Shown: positions 7,011 to 16,364 of the stretch, piece after piece
Layout: each line of letters opens with the position of its first letter
How positions within the stretch are numbered: position 1 is the stretch's first letter
Source of the DNA: a virus
Length of the DNA stretch: 64,000 bases
Strand: one strand, 5' to 3'
Virus record (IMG/VR): IMGVR_UViG_3300025009_000007
Translations under genes and position numbers: made by a program
The notes under the pieces: generated by a model
Seen by the model: only the letters and a program-made list of their open reading frames with translations
Told to the model about the DNA's origin: nothing
Databases searched by the model: none

Positions 7011-7084
7011 ATAGGTATAACAGGGACGGTTTCCTGTGGATGTTAAAAATAACATTCGTACCAGTTCGATTCTGGTTGCCTATT
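7011..7084 (+). tRNA. tRNA-like gene of canonical length with a non-canonical anticodon arm
   Basis: Acceptor ATAGGTA/TGCCTAT (one G-U pair). D arm ACAG-GGACGGTTTC-CTGT. T arm ACCAG-TTCGATT-CTGGT. The anticodon region GGATGTTAAAAATAACATTC folds as 8 bp plus an AAAA loop, and no 7-nt loop register is possible. Confidence 0.5.
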
Positions 7085-7204
7085 CTAATCCAAAATCTGA
7101 AATGTATTTGGAACTTGGACATAAGTCCCGCAAGGAATCGAAGATGCAAAAGTCAATACCTATGTATTGCCACTGAATGCCTAAATCGTATGTTAGCACA
7201 GTTT

Positions 7205-7239
7205 GATAGTTCTGGGGATAATTTAAAAACTATCTTTTT
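7205..7239 (+). terminator. rho-independent terminator
   Basis: GATAGTT (7205-7211) pairs with AACTATC (7228-7234). TTTTT follows. Confidence 0.5.
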
Positions 7240-7774
7240 AAAATATTAAAATATTATCAAACCAGTTATAATACTATCTAAACCAAACTAAAGGATACTA
7301 TCTGGTGTAAAGTAGAGTAGAAATAGTAGTATTATATACAAGTCAGATTATTATATATTTGGAAGTTTGTAATGCAGCAATGCAAATCCAACATTAAAAA
7401 TCCATTGAAGCACAGTTGGAATAGGAGTATAGTGCAACCAGAAGTGGTATAGATTTAAAAGTCTTCAATAAGTAAGATGTTTCTTTTATAAACTATTACA
7501 AACTATTTTGATAATATAAGTGATTTTGGTAGTCTTTACTTCCTTACAGTGGATTGAGATGCCAAAGCTACCAATTTCACTTATTAATTTATAAACAATA
7601 TAAACAACTAATTACAATTTGCCATTTCTCTTGGAGTGTTGATCAGTAGCTACTATATACACAGAAAGAGACCTATAATATCTATGAAATATATACTAGT
7701 TATAGATATACTTTCGAGTTACCAGAGTATAGTAATGGTAGTAGAAGTAATTGTATTAGTTGTTTTATAATAAT

Positions 7775-7905
7775 GATCAGATGGCGGAATTGGTAGACGC
7801 TATTATATATGTACATCTAGCCAGGACAGGAAGGTGGTAGGAAGTATATAATAATCAACTGACAGTCCAAAAGTTGAATGCAAGTTCGAATCTTGCTCTT
7901 GATCT
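7775..7905 (+). tRNA. tRNA-Leu-like gene with a 44-nt segment in place of the anticodon loop and a bulged acceptor stem
   Basis: TGGCGGAATTGGTAGACGC is a bacterial tRNA-Leu-type D arm. Anticodon stem ATTAT (7802-7806) / ATAAT (7851-7855). Long variable arm CAACT...AGTTG. T arm GCAAG-TTCGAAT-CTTGC. Acceptor GATCAGA pairs with TCTTGATC, leaving one extra T. Confidence 0.5.
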
Positions 7906-7973
7906 CAACAATATAAAAGTCTATTATGAATCAGACTTGTAAGTGATTTAATTGAATATAATGCTTATTTATT

Positions 7974-8360
7974 ATGCAAACTAAAAAGAAAGTTAACATT
8001 TGTGGTGGCCCATTAGCACCAAGTATAAACTGTTCTGATACAGAAGAAATGATACGAATTGGTATTCATCCACCTAAATTACGAATTGATTTTAATCAGT
8101 TTAAGAAGACTGATAGCGAAAAAGAATTAGTTAAAAAGTACAGACGTACACAAAGATTATCTAGTGGTAAGACTGTACATATATGTAGCTGTTCTCCTAA
8201 AGGTAGACTAGTATTACATATTGTAAATGAGAAGAAACTTAATACATTTAAAACTACTTACAATTACAAATGTAAAGAATCTGAAATATCATCAATAAAA
8301 GATGTATTTCATTCGGATGATATGATTAATAATGTAAAATTTAGCATGAAAGGAAACTAA
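7974..8360 (+). CDS. hypothetical basic protein (128 aa)
   Basis: ORF track. First of three tightly spaced ORFs. Confidence 0.55.
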   Translation: MQTKKKVNICGGPLAPSINCSDTEEMIRIGIHPPKLRIDFNQFKKTDSEKELVKKYRRTQRLSSGKTVHICSCSPKGRLVLHIVNEKKLNTFKTTYNYKCKESEISSIKDVFHSDDMINNVKFSMKGN

Positions 8361-8362
8361 GT

Positions 8363-8779
8363 ATGCAAAAGTCAAGACAAATATTAAGACGTGAAGCTAG
8401 AGAAAATGCTAAATTAGAATCTTTAAAACTTCCTACATTTTCTGGTCAAAACAGACGTATCAGAAGAATGGCCACTCAAATTGTAAGTACTGTTGGTAAT
8501 AATAGAAAAACTACCCGTGGTAGAGATATTCATTATCAATATATTTATAATATAGTAGATGATAAAAATAATAAAATATTATCATTTTCTACATCGAAAT
8601 GTCCATTGAGTCATAATATATTACCTTATGATGTACAAGTAAAATTAAATGCTTTTTTAGCTAAAAAGAAGAAAGTAATTAATTATAAAGTTGTACTTAA
8701 AACTATTAAGCACAAACAGCATTCTTTAACATTTGTTAAAGTAATGGAATTAGTATTAAAATTAGGTAAAACATTATAG
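8363..8779 (+). CDS. hypothetical basic protein (138 aa)
   Basis: ORF track. Lys/Arg-rich. Confidence 0.55.
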   Translation: MQKSRQILRREARENAKLESLKLPTFSGQNRRIRRMATQIVSTVGNNRKTTRGRDIHYQYIYNIVDDKNNKILSFSTSKCPLSHNILPYDVQVKLNAFLAKKKKVINYKVVLKTIKHKQHSLTFVKVMELVLKLGKTL

Positions 8780-8781
8780 CT

Positions 8782-9009
8782 ATGGAACATATATTAGGCA
8801 AATCAAATATTATTAGAATACAGAATATTGTAAAGAATATGGCTATAGCGGAGAAAGTGACAATAGTTGGCACTAACTATCATATATCATTTCCTACTGA
8901 ATATTGGAATAACTATACCAGACAGATGGTTAAGTCCAAAATTATCTATGTGATAGACACTAATTTAGTAAATTCATTAAAACAACGCGAGAAAACGGTA
9001 AGTAAATAA
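8782..9009 (+). CDS. hypothetical protein (75 aa)
   Basis: ORF track. Confidence 0.5.
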   Translation: MEHILGKSNIIRIQNIVKNMAIAEKVTIVGTNYHISFPTEYWNNYTRQMVKSKIIYVIDTNLVNSLKQREKTVSK

Positions 9010-9107
9010 CTTCCAGAAGTATGCGCTTGAAATAAATTAACTAAGTTATTTCTATATATTTAACCAAAATTAATCAAAATTTAACATTTTTAAAACAAAA
9101 AATTATC

Positions 9108-9488
9108 ATGAGAACAATTTTTAACGAAAAAACAAAACAGAATGAAGTAGTATTTAGTGCAGAACTTATAGCTCCACTTAGTGAAAATACTTTTGAGAAC
9201 ACAAATGGCAAATCTTTTAAGATTGCTAATGTAAAGTTTATCGACAGAGCTGGAAAAGTACAGAAAAGTACAGCATTGATTTACGAAGGTAACTACAGTA
9301 AAGGAATGGAAGTAGGACAAAGCTATTTAGCTGTTGCATCTCCAGGCCCAGATGGTAGAGCTTATATTCGTTTATCACATCTTCCATATGTTGATAACAG
9401 AGCAACAATTGATATGTTTAGTTTTGATACAGCTAAAGAAACTGTAAAAGAAACTAGCAAACTTCAAGCTGAAGCAAAAAGAAGCTAG
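9108..9488 (+). CDS. hypothetical protein (126 aa)
   Basis: ORF track. Stand-alone unit followed by a hairpin terminator. Confidence 0.6.
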   Translation: MRTIFNEKTKQNEVVFSAELIAPLSENTFENTNGKSFKIANVKFIDRAGKVQKSTALIYEGNYSKGMEVGQSYLAVASPGPDGRAYIRLSHLPYVDNRATIDMFSFDTAKETVKETSKLQAEAKRS

Positions 9489-9500
9489 TAAATATAACTT

Positions 9501-9532
9501 ATATAGAGGGTGCAGAAATGTACTCTCTATAT
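9501..9532 (+). terminator. terminator-like hairpin
   Basis: ATATAGAGGG (9501-9510) pairs with CTCTCTATAT (9523-9532), including one G-U pair. The flank is T-rich. Confidence 0.45.
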
Positions 9533-9550
9533 TTTAAATTAAATTAAATT

Positions 9551-11446
9551 ATGAAACAAATATATATATATGATTTAGAAATACTAGATATATTTACTGC
9601 AACTTTTCTTGAAAGAGAAACTTTAAATAAATTTCAATTTATAATTACAAAAGATATTGATCAACGTAAAGAATTATTTGAATTTCTTAATAATGAAGTT
9701 GGAGGACTAATAGGATTTAATTGTATTAATTTTGATAGTCAAGTACTTGAATATATGTATAGAAATCCTAATTTTACATTAATTGAATTAAAAAATTATG
9801 TTAATTTATTAATATCTTCTGAAAAAGAATTTCTTGATGTACCTGAATGGAAATTACGAATACCACATCTTGATTTATATAAAATACATCATTTTGATAA
9901 TAAAAATAAACGTACAGGTTTAAAATGGTGTGAATTTATGATGAGAATGGATAATATTGAAGATATGCCATTACAAGGAACAGGAAATAATTGGGTTGAA
10001 CAAGTATTATCATATAATTATAATGATTGTGTTGCAACTAATAAATTGTATGTAGTTAGTAGAGAATTAATAGATTTAAGAAATACTTTGACATCAATGT
10101 ACAAATTAAATTTACAAAATGCTTCTAATTCAAAAATAGGATCTGAAATATTATTGGATTTATATTGTAAAAAGACTGGTAAATTGAAATCTGATATAAG
10201 AAGTTTAAGAACTTATAGAAAACATATTGATATAGGTAAAATAATATTTCCATATATCAGATTTGAATCTACAGAGTTTAATACATTATTAAAAACTTTT
10301 AAAGATTCAAATGTTTCATCTACTAAAGGTGAATTAGAATTTTCTATTAAATATAAAGGATTTCAATTTGATTATGGTAGTGGTGGAATTCATGGATCTG
10401 TTAAAAATAAAGTAATTATATCAGATGATGAATATGTTATAATTGATTGTGATGTATCATCTCTATATCCAAGTATAGGTGTAGTTAATAAATTATATCC
10501 TAAACATCTTGGACCAGCATTCTATGAAGTATATAAACATGATATTGTTGATGTAAGATTAGCTGAAAAGGCTAGAGGACCAATGGGAAATAAAGCAATT
10601 ATTAATGGATTTAAAGAAGCTGCTAATAGTGCTTATGGTAAATCTAATGATAAATTTTCCTGGTTATATGATCCACAATATACATTATCTATTACAGTAA
10701 ATGGTCAATTATTATTAACAATGTTATCTGAACAATTATTTAAAATTAATAATCTTCAAATAATACAAGTAAATACTGATGGTATAACTGTAAGACTTCC
10801 AAAAACTGAATTAAGTAATTATTATAGAATATGTAATGATTGGCAAAAATTAACTAACTTACAATTAGAATATGCTGAATACTCTAAAATGATAATATTT
10901 GATGTAAATAATTATTTAGCATTTTATACAAATGGTAAGTATAAAGCTAAAGGTAAATGTGAATTTGAGAATGTTCCTTTACATAAGAATCAATCTCATA
11001 ATATCATACCATTAACATTTTATAATTATTTCAAAAACAATATTCTAGTTGATGATTTTATAAAGAGTCATAATAATATATTTGACTTTTGTGCAGGAGT
11101 AAAATCTAAACGTTCTGCTCAAAGTGGACAATCTCATTATGAATTACATTATATTAAAGATGGTAATTTATCAAAAGATAAGCTATCTAAAACTGTTAGA
11201 TATTATATTTCTAATAAAGGAAAATATCTAATAAAATGTTATGAGAATGGTTCACAAGAACATGTAGAAGCTCCTAAAGCAATAGGTAAATTTAAGAAAG
11301 ATTGGAAAGTTACATATTTTAATAAAACATTCTATCCTGAAAAGTTTGAAAATTATAATATTGATTATTCATATTATATTAGTAAAACTAAAGATTGGAT
11401 ATATTCAGTAGAAAATAAACAACAATTAACAATGTTTCAAATATGA
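9551..11446 (+). CDS. polB: family-B DNA polymerase with 3'-5' exonuclease domain
   Basis: Exo I YDLE, Exo II NCINFD, Exo III YNYND. Polymerase motif A DVSSLYPS, motif B KEAANSAYGK, motif C QVNTDGI. Confidence 0.85.
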   Translation: MKQIYIYDLEILDIFTATFLERETLNKFQFIITKDIDQRKELFEFLNNEVGGLIGFNCINFDSQVLEYMYRNPNFTLIELKNYVNLLISSEKEFLDVPEWKLRIPHLDLYKIHHFDNKNKRTGLKWCEFMMRMDNIEDMPLQGTGNNWVEQVLSYNYNDCVATNKLYVVSRELIDLRNTLTSMYKLNLQNASNSKIGSEILLDLYCKKTGKLKSDIRSLRTYRKHIDIGKIIFPYIRFESTEFNTLLKTFKDSNVSSTKGELEFSIKYKGFQFDYGSGGIHGSVKNKVIISDDEYVIIDCDVSSLYPSIGVVNKLYPKHLGPAFYEVYKHDIVDVRLAEKARGPMGNKAIINGFKEAANSAYGKSNDKFSWLYDPQYTLSITVNGQLLLTMLSEQLFKINNLQIIQVNTDGITVRLPKTELSNYYRICNDWQKLTNLQLEYAEYSKMIIFDVNNYLAFYTNGKYKAKGKCEFENVPLHKNQSHNIIPLTFYNYFKNNILVDDFIKSHNNIFDFCAGVKSKRSAQSGQSHYELHYIKDGNLSKDKLSKTVRYYISNKGKYLIKCYENGSQEHVEAPKAIGKFKKDWKVTYFNKTFYPEKFENYNIDYSYYISKTKDWIYSVENKQQLTMFQI

Positions 11447-11619
11447 AGAAAAATATATTATTAATACTATCAATACCATGTTTTATAATAGCTCTAATAG
11501 CATCTACTAATACATACCCAATAACTTATAATGAAATGATTATATCAGGAACATCTAATATTATTGAATTTATTTTATTATTCAATTATTATATAAAGTA
11601 TGAAAATATTAGACAATAG
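11443..11619 (+). CDS. possible small membrane or secreted protein (58 aa)
   Basis: Hand-translated as MKKNILLILSIPCFIIALIAS... ATGA overlap with the polymerase stop. Below the track cutoff. Confidence 0.3.
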   Translation: MKKNILLILSIPCFIIALIASTNTYPITYNEMIISGTSNIIEFILLFNYYIKYENIRQ

Positions 11620-12181
11620 AAAAGATTATTATGACTATTTAACTGGTACATATGGAATAGATCTATTACTTGTATTAGATAGGCGTAATCATGATAATTT
11701 CACATTATATAATAAACAAAAATTAATATTTTATATATGTGGAATGCAAATAGAGGGATATTTTGATGGTAAGAAATTTTATTATGGAGATAATCTAAGG
11801 AAATTTGGAGAACCTGAGAAAAGATACTTAGTATATTATAATAAAGATAGATTCAAAGACATGGTCTACATAAAAGAAATTGACACATATGTAGCAACAA
11901 AACTTATAAATTTATCAAATGATAAAAATTATAATAAAATATATGATTGTCCTATATTATTACAAGGATACTTATCAGATCACTTTATTAAATATCCTCA
12001 ACTCTCTAAATATAGTTTACAACAAATCTTACCCGCACCAGTTATTTATCAATTATTGATAAATTATTTATCAGATATAAGGAATCAAAATGAATCTAAA
12101 TCTAATAATAGAAGTGATAACGAGAAGATTGTTAGTAAAGGATTCAATATAAAAAGAAGCTTTAGACCTAATATGAAATAA
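11600..12181 (+). CDS. hypothetical protein (193 aa)
   Basis: ORF track. Confidence 0.6.
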   Translation: MKILDNRKDYYDYLTGTYGIDLLLVLDRRNHDNFTLYNKQKLIFYICGMQIEGYFDGKKFYYGDNLRKFGEPEKRYLVYYNKDRFKDMVYIKEIDTYVATKLINLSNDKNYNKIYDCPILLQGYLSDHFIKYPQLSKYSLQQILPAPVIYQLLINYLSDIRNQNESKSNNRSDNEKIVSKGFNIKRSFRPNMK

Positions 12182-12184
12182 CTT

Positions 12185-12526
12185 ATGGAATTAACAAAAT
12201 TGAATAAAACATTTATAATGTTTAATGTACTTACAATATTTACATCTGATATAGATGATAAATATTATAAACAACGTGCTAAATTGTGGTTTAAACGATT
12301 TAGAAATACTGGAAATACTCTATGGAAGGAATTAAATGTTTCTACTCAAAAAGTATCTGAAGATACTAATATGGCATTTGATGAATTAGGTGCTTATATG
12401 TTTGATGTAGTAAATGTTGCAATGGACATTCCAATAGATAAATATAATGATTTCCTAGACTTAATTCACAACTTTAAAAACAATTGTATTAATGACACGA
12501 ACAGTAGTATTAAAGAAATTAACTGA
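12185..12526 (+). CDS. hypothetical protein (113 aa)
   Basis: ORF track. Confidence 0.55.
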   Translation: MELTKLNKTFIMFNVLTIFTSDIDDKYYKQRAKLWFKRFRNTGNTLWKELNVSTQKVSEDTNMAFDELGAYMFDVVNVAMDIPIDKYNDFLDLIHNFKNNCINDTNSSIKEIN

Positions 12527-12824
12527 AGAAACAATTCTTTTATTAAAAAATAGTTTAACAGCTGAAGTATTTGATTATGCAATAATTGAATCTCAACTAA
12601 ACAAAGCTATAGATATTGGTTCATCTAAATTTAAATATAGAACCACAAATAATTCCAAGAAAAGATGTGTAATTCAGTTAGATAAATTTGGTAAGAAAAT
12701 TAATTCATTTGAAAGTATTGCTGATGCTTCAAGACAAACAGGTGCTCCAAAAGAAGGAATATCATTAACTTGTAGTGAAAAACGACACTCAGCAGGTGGA
12801 TTTATTTGGAAATTTAAAACTTAA
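12492..12824 (+). CDS. stand-alone NUMOD1-like HTH DNA-binding protein (start uncertain)
   Basis: INSFESIADASRQTGAPKEGISLTCSEKRHSAGGFIWKFK matches the C-terminal DNA-binding module of GIY-YIG/HNH homing endonucleases. No nuclease motif is present. Confidence 0.5.
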   Translation: MTRTVVLKKLTEETILLLKNSLTAEVFDYAIIESQLNKAIDIGSSKFKYRTTNNSKKRCVIQLDKFGKKINSFESIADASRQTGAPKEGISLTCSEKRHSAGGFIWKFKT

Positions 12825-12830
12825 TAATTT

Positions 12831-14483
12831 ATGGAACATTATATAATAAAAATTAGTAATAAAGAAAGATTGATACTTATTCTTGATTGGTTGTATAATA
12901 CTTATAAAACCACAACTAATGCAGGAAAGTATACAAAAAGACTATCAGAATATAGTTCTTTAATAGATAATTGTGAAAATTCAGGTTTAAAAGTCACTAA
13001 AAACTTTACAGATTGTCAAAGTTGGAGTAGAAATAATTCAACTCATACAGATAAAGCATTTATTAAAGAATTTATAGATAAACCTAAGTTTGAAGTTGGT
13101 AAATGGTATAAGTTTAATTATGATTATTGTAAAAAAAATCATACTATTTATGGTAAATGTAAAGGAAGTAAAGGAGATGAATTTTATTGTATAGATGATT
13201 GGTATATAAATAGTGATAAAGGTATATCAAACGACTGTCATCATATTGTACTAACTCATGATAATATAAAAATTACATTATTAACAGATTTATCTGAAAT
13301 ACAACAATATTTACCAGACGAGCATCTTAATAAGATAATAAATAAAATGACAAATGAATTTTTATTAGAATATGCAAATACTCATTTTGTATTAGGTACT
13401 AAATTTATATCACATATAAGTGATGTAGGGAATGAAAGAGAGTGCTCATATTACGATAATCGTAATGAACCATTTAATTGGCAAATTGTTATAAGAGAAG
13501 GAATTAAAACAGTATATTGTCATGGTGGAATGTATAGAAAAAGTATTGATAATAAATATATATGTTCTAACCCAACAATATATACTGAGAAAGATGGATG
13601 GTGTAAGATAACTCATGATGCTTCTATTAAAACTAGTAGTGAATTAACATTAAATAACTTAGTTGCTGGAGAAATATATTATTTAGAATATACATGTTGT
13701 AACTCTAATTATATTCTTAAATCTACAGGTGGAAATAAATCTGACTATAATATTAGAATACACGATCAAAAATATGATTATTATAAAGATAATTCATACA
13801 ATAACGATAATTCTAAAGTTAGAATTGCAACTCAACAAGAGAAAGATTGGTTAGAAGCTTGTATTAAAGATGATAAATTTATTCCTAGAGAAAACTTTAA
13901 ATCTGATGAATTTGTATTACCTGAAAAATGGTATGTTAAAGAAGATCCTGGTCAAATTATAAGTAAACATTTTAAAAAGAATGGATATTATGTATGTTAT
14001 AGTAATTTAGGCGTTGGATATGATTCAATTCCAGATTTTCATACAGAAATAACCTTTGAGCAATTTAAAAAATATGTATTGAAATCTACTCCAATGCAAA
14101 CTAACTTTGACAACTGTAAAATATGGATAGGTGACAATCCTAAATTAAATGAACAAGTTCAAAAGAGAATATTTGAATTAGGATATAAATGGAGAGAGGA
14201 GGATGATATTGTAAAATATACAGATAGTACGGGATTATACCTTGATGAAGATAAGACATTATCGTATTCTACAGGTACAAGACTAAATTATTTTGACAGT
14301 CAATCCAATAAAGAAATATCTTTAAAAAATTTGGGTATTATAAATAAAAAAGATGAGAATAGGATACCTGGTAGTTATAGAGGAGGTATAAATTCAATTT
14401 GTGTAAATACTTCAGTATTAATATCTAAGATTGAACCAGTTAAAGGAATAATAAAAGAAATTAAAGATTATAGTATTAAATAA
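12831..14483 (+). CDS. hypothetical protein (550 aa)
   Basis: Long ORF in the track. No motif recognised. Confidence 0.7.
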   Translation: MEHYIIKISNKERLILILDWLYNTYKTTTNAGKYTKRLSEYSSLIDNCENSGLKVTKNFTDCQSWSRNNSTHTDKAFIKEFIDKPKFEVGKWYKFNYDYCKKNHTIYGKCKGSKGDEFYCIDDWYINSDKGISNDCHHIVLTHDNIKITLLTDLSEIQQYLPDEHLNKIINKMTNEFLLEYANTHFVLGTKFISHISDVGNERECSYYDNRNEPFNWQIVIREGIKTVYCHGGMYRKSIDNKYICSNPTIYTEKDGWCKITHDASIKTSSELTLNNLVAGEIYYLEYTCCNSNYILKSTGGNKSDYNIRIHDQKYDYYKDNSYNNDNSKVRIATQQEKDWLEACIKDDKFIPRENFKSDEFVLPEKWYVKEDPGQIISKHFKKNGYYVCYSNLGVGYDSIPDFHTEITFEQFKKYVLKSTPMQTNFDNCKIWIGDNPKLNEQVQKRIFELGYKWREEDDIVKYTDSTGLYLDEDKTLSYSTGTRLNYFDSQSNKEISLKNLGIINKKDENRIPGSYRGGINSICVNTSVLISKIEPVKGIIKEIKDYSIK

Positions 14484-14522
14484 AAACAATTAATTAATTA
14501 AACAATTTAAAATTTAAATTTT

Positions 14523-14984
14523 ATGGCAACAAAAACAACAACACAATCAGAAGGAATATTTAGTTTTCCTATTGTAAAAGTGATTATGAATCTATTAAAA
14601 ATGGATGATGCAGGTCAAATTAGTAAATTCTTTGAGAAAGAAGTTAAACGGTTAAAAACCGATATTAAAACTCTTGAAGGTAATAAAACAGTAGTTATTA
14701 TGGATCGCGACAGAAAGATTGAAGCACTTAATGATTCATTAGAAGATGCTAAACAAAATCTTGAAGATGCTAAATTATTAATTACTGTAGAAGATGTTAA
14801 GAATAATGCAGCTATTGATTACTTTAGGGATAATTACTGGCAAAATATTTATGCAAAACGTAATGCAATTGACCAATTAGAGAAACAATTAGTTAATACA
14901 ACTAAAGATTTTGAAGAGAAAATTGAGAGAATTGATAAGCAAATTGCTAACAAGAATCTTGATATTGATATGATTACAAAGTAA
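14523..14984 (+). CDS. coiled-coil protein (153 aa)
   Basis: ORF track. Heptad-like, Glu/Lys-rich sequence. Confidence 0.6.
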   Translation: MATKTTTQSEGIFSFPIVKVIMNLLKMDDAGQISKFFEKEVKRLKTDIKTLEGNKTVVIMDRDRKIEALNDSLEDAKQNLEDAKLLITVEDVKNNAAIDYFRDNYWQNIYAKRNAIDQLEKQLVNTTKDFEEKIERIDKQIANKNLDIDMITK

Positions 14985-14993
14985 TTACTTTTT

Positions 14994-15021
14994 AGATAGC
15001 TATCCTATTGGGTAGCTATCT
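14994..15021 (+). terminator. terminator-like hairpin
   Basis: AGATAGCTA (14994-15002) pairs with TAGCTATCT (15013-15021). Confidence 0.45.
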
Positions 15022-15038
15022 TTAATATTTAATACTAT

Positions 15039-16364
15039 ATGATAAAAACTAGACAACAAATTCAATCAGAAGCAGAAGAGGCATGGAATAATAATGGATG
15101 TATAGGATGTGTAGTATTGTCAACTGGAAGTGGTAAAAGTAAGGTAGCTATTGATATAATTAAACATGGTAATTATAAGAATATTCTTATTACTAGTCCT
15201 AGAACTAATCTGAAAGAGAATTGGAAGAAAGAATTATTAAAATGGTTAAAAACTTTTAGAATTAGAGTTGAAAAAGGATACGAGTGTTTTGGACAAGTTT
15301 CTGAATTCATGTCTAATGGTCCAATTATAACTATCGAAAACATTCAAACTGTTTATAAATGGAGTATAGAAACAATTAAACAATTTGATTTAATCATATT
15401 TGATGAAATTCATACTATAGTTACTCCTGAATATGGTAGATTAATATATAATGCTACCTGTTTAAATATTCATAGACTAGGATTAACAGCTACTCCAGAC
15501 AAAGACGGTAAATTTGATCATGTATCTAATGATTATCTTGCTGATTGGAAAAATAAAGAAGATTTTTATAACTTTGTGTGTCCAATCATATATGAATATT
15601 ACGATAGTGCTGAAGATGGATTAGTTAATAAACGTAAATATATTATTTACAAATACAATTTAACTGATGATTATTCAGTAATAGCAGGTACTAAGAAAAG
15701 CCAATTTACTGTTGGAGAGGCTACTCAATATGATTATTTAACTGAACAGATTCGTAAGGGACAAAAACTTATGGCTCAAACAGGAAGTGAAGATTGGTTT
15801 AGAGATGCTGGAGATTGGTTCTGGAAAGGATTAGGGGATTCTGTACAAAAGAATGCTGCTATGATATATCTTAATGCAATCAAATATAGAAAGGAATTTC
15901 TATGGAAATTAAGCAGTAGTGCTGATATTGCATTGCAAATTAAGCATAAGATATTTGAAAACAGTTCAAGTAATAAGGTATTATTGTTCTCAGAATTAAC
16001 ATCTCAAGCTAATAAACTATCAGCCTATTCAGTTCATTCTAAACAAGATGATGATACTAATAAGAAACTAATTAAAATGTTTGATTCCGGAGAAATTAAG
16101 GAATTATCATCTGTAAGAAGTTTAACATTAGGATTAAATCTTGTTGGAGCAAAATATGGTATAATGGAAAGTTATAACAGTAGTAATACAGGAATTATAC
16201 AAAAGATGGGAAGATTAGATAGATTAGAAGTTGATGATATTTCTACTATAATTGCTATTGTACCATTGCAAACTCAAGCAGAAGAATGGTTTAATAAGGC
16301 CATTAAGGGTATAGACCTGACTAATGCTTTAATTATAGACAATATTAATGATTTGAAATTATGA
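15039..16364 (+). CDS. SF2 (DEAD/DEAH-like) helicase
   Basis: Walker A STGSGKS, motif II FDEIH, motif III LTATP, motif VI QKMGRLDR. Confidence 0.75.
   Translation: MIKTRQQIQSEAEEAWNNNGCIGCVVLSTGSGKSKVAIDIIKHGNYKNILITSPRTNLKENWKKELLKWLKTFRIRVEKGYECFGQVSEFMSNGPIITIENIQTVYKWSIETIKQFDLIIFDEIHTIVTPEYGRLIYNATCLNIHRLGLTATPDKDGKFDHVSNDYLADWKNKEDFYNFVCPIIYEYYDSAEDGLVNKRKYIIYKYNLTDDYSVIAGTKKSQFTVGEATQYDYLTEQIRKGQKLMAQTGSEDWFRDAGDWFWKGLGDSVQKNAAMIYLNAIKYRKEFLWKLSSSADIALQIKHKIFENSSSNKVLLFSELTSQANKLSAYSVHSKQDDDTNKKLIKMFDSGEIKELSSVRSLTLGLNLVGAKYGIMESYNSSNTGIIQKMGRLDRLEVDDISTIIAIVPLQTQAEEWFNKAIKGIDLTNALIIDNINDLKL

Noticed and set aside
7011-7084. Interpreting the 8-nt anticodon loop option as a +1 frameshift-suppressor tRNA.
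   Set aside because: The loop lacks U33 and could equally close to a 4- or 6-nt loop. No candidate frameshift-requiring gene was found in the window.
7117-7136. GGAC-ATAA-GTCC and CC-GCAA-GG (GNRA-like) mini-hairpins downstream of tRNA-like gene 2, as a hint of a ribozyme or intron.
   Set aside because: The stems are only 2 to 4 bp and mutually exclusive. No other group I or group II core elements were recognisable.
7040-7249. 69-aa ORF in the track.
   Set aside because: It begins inside the tRNA-like gene (7011-7084), runs through a terminator hairpin, and has no convincing start context or protein-like composition.
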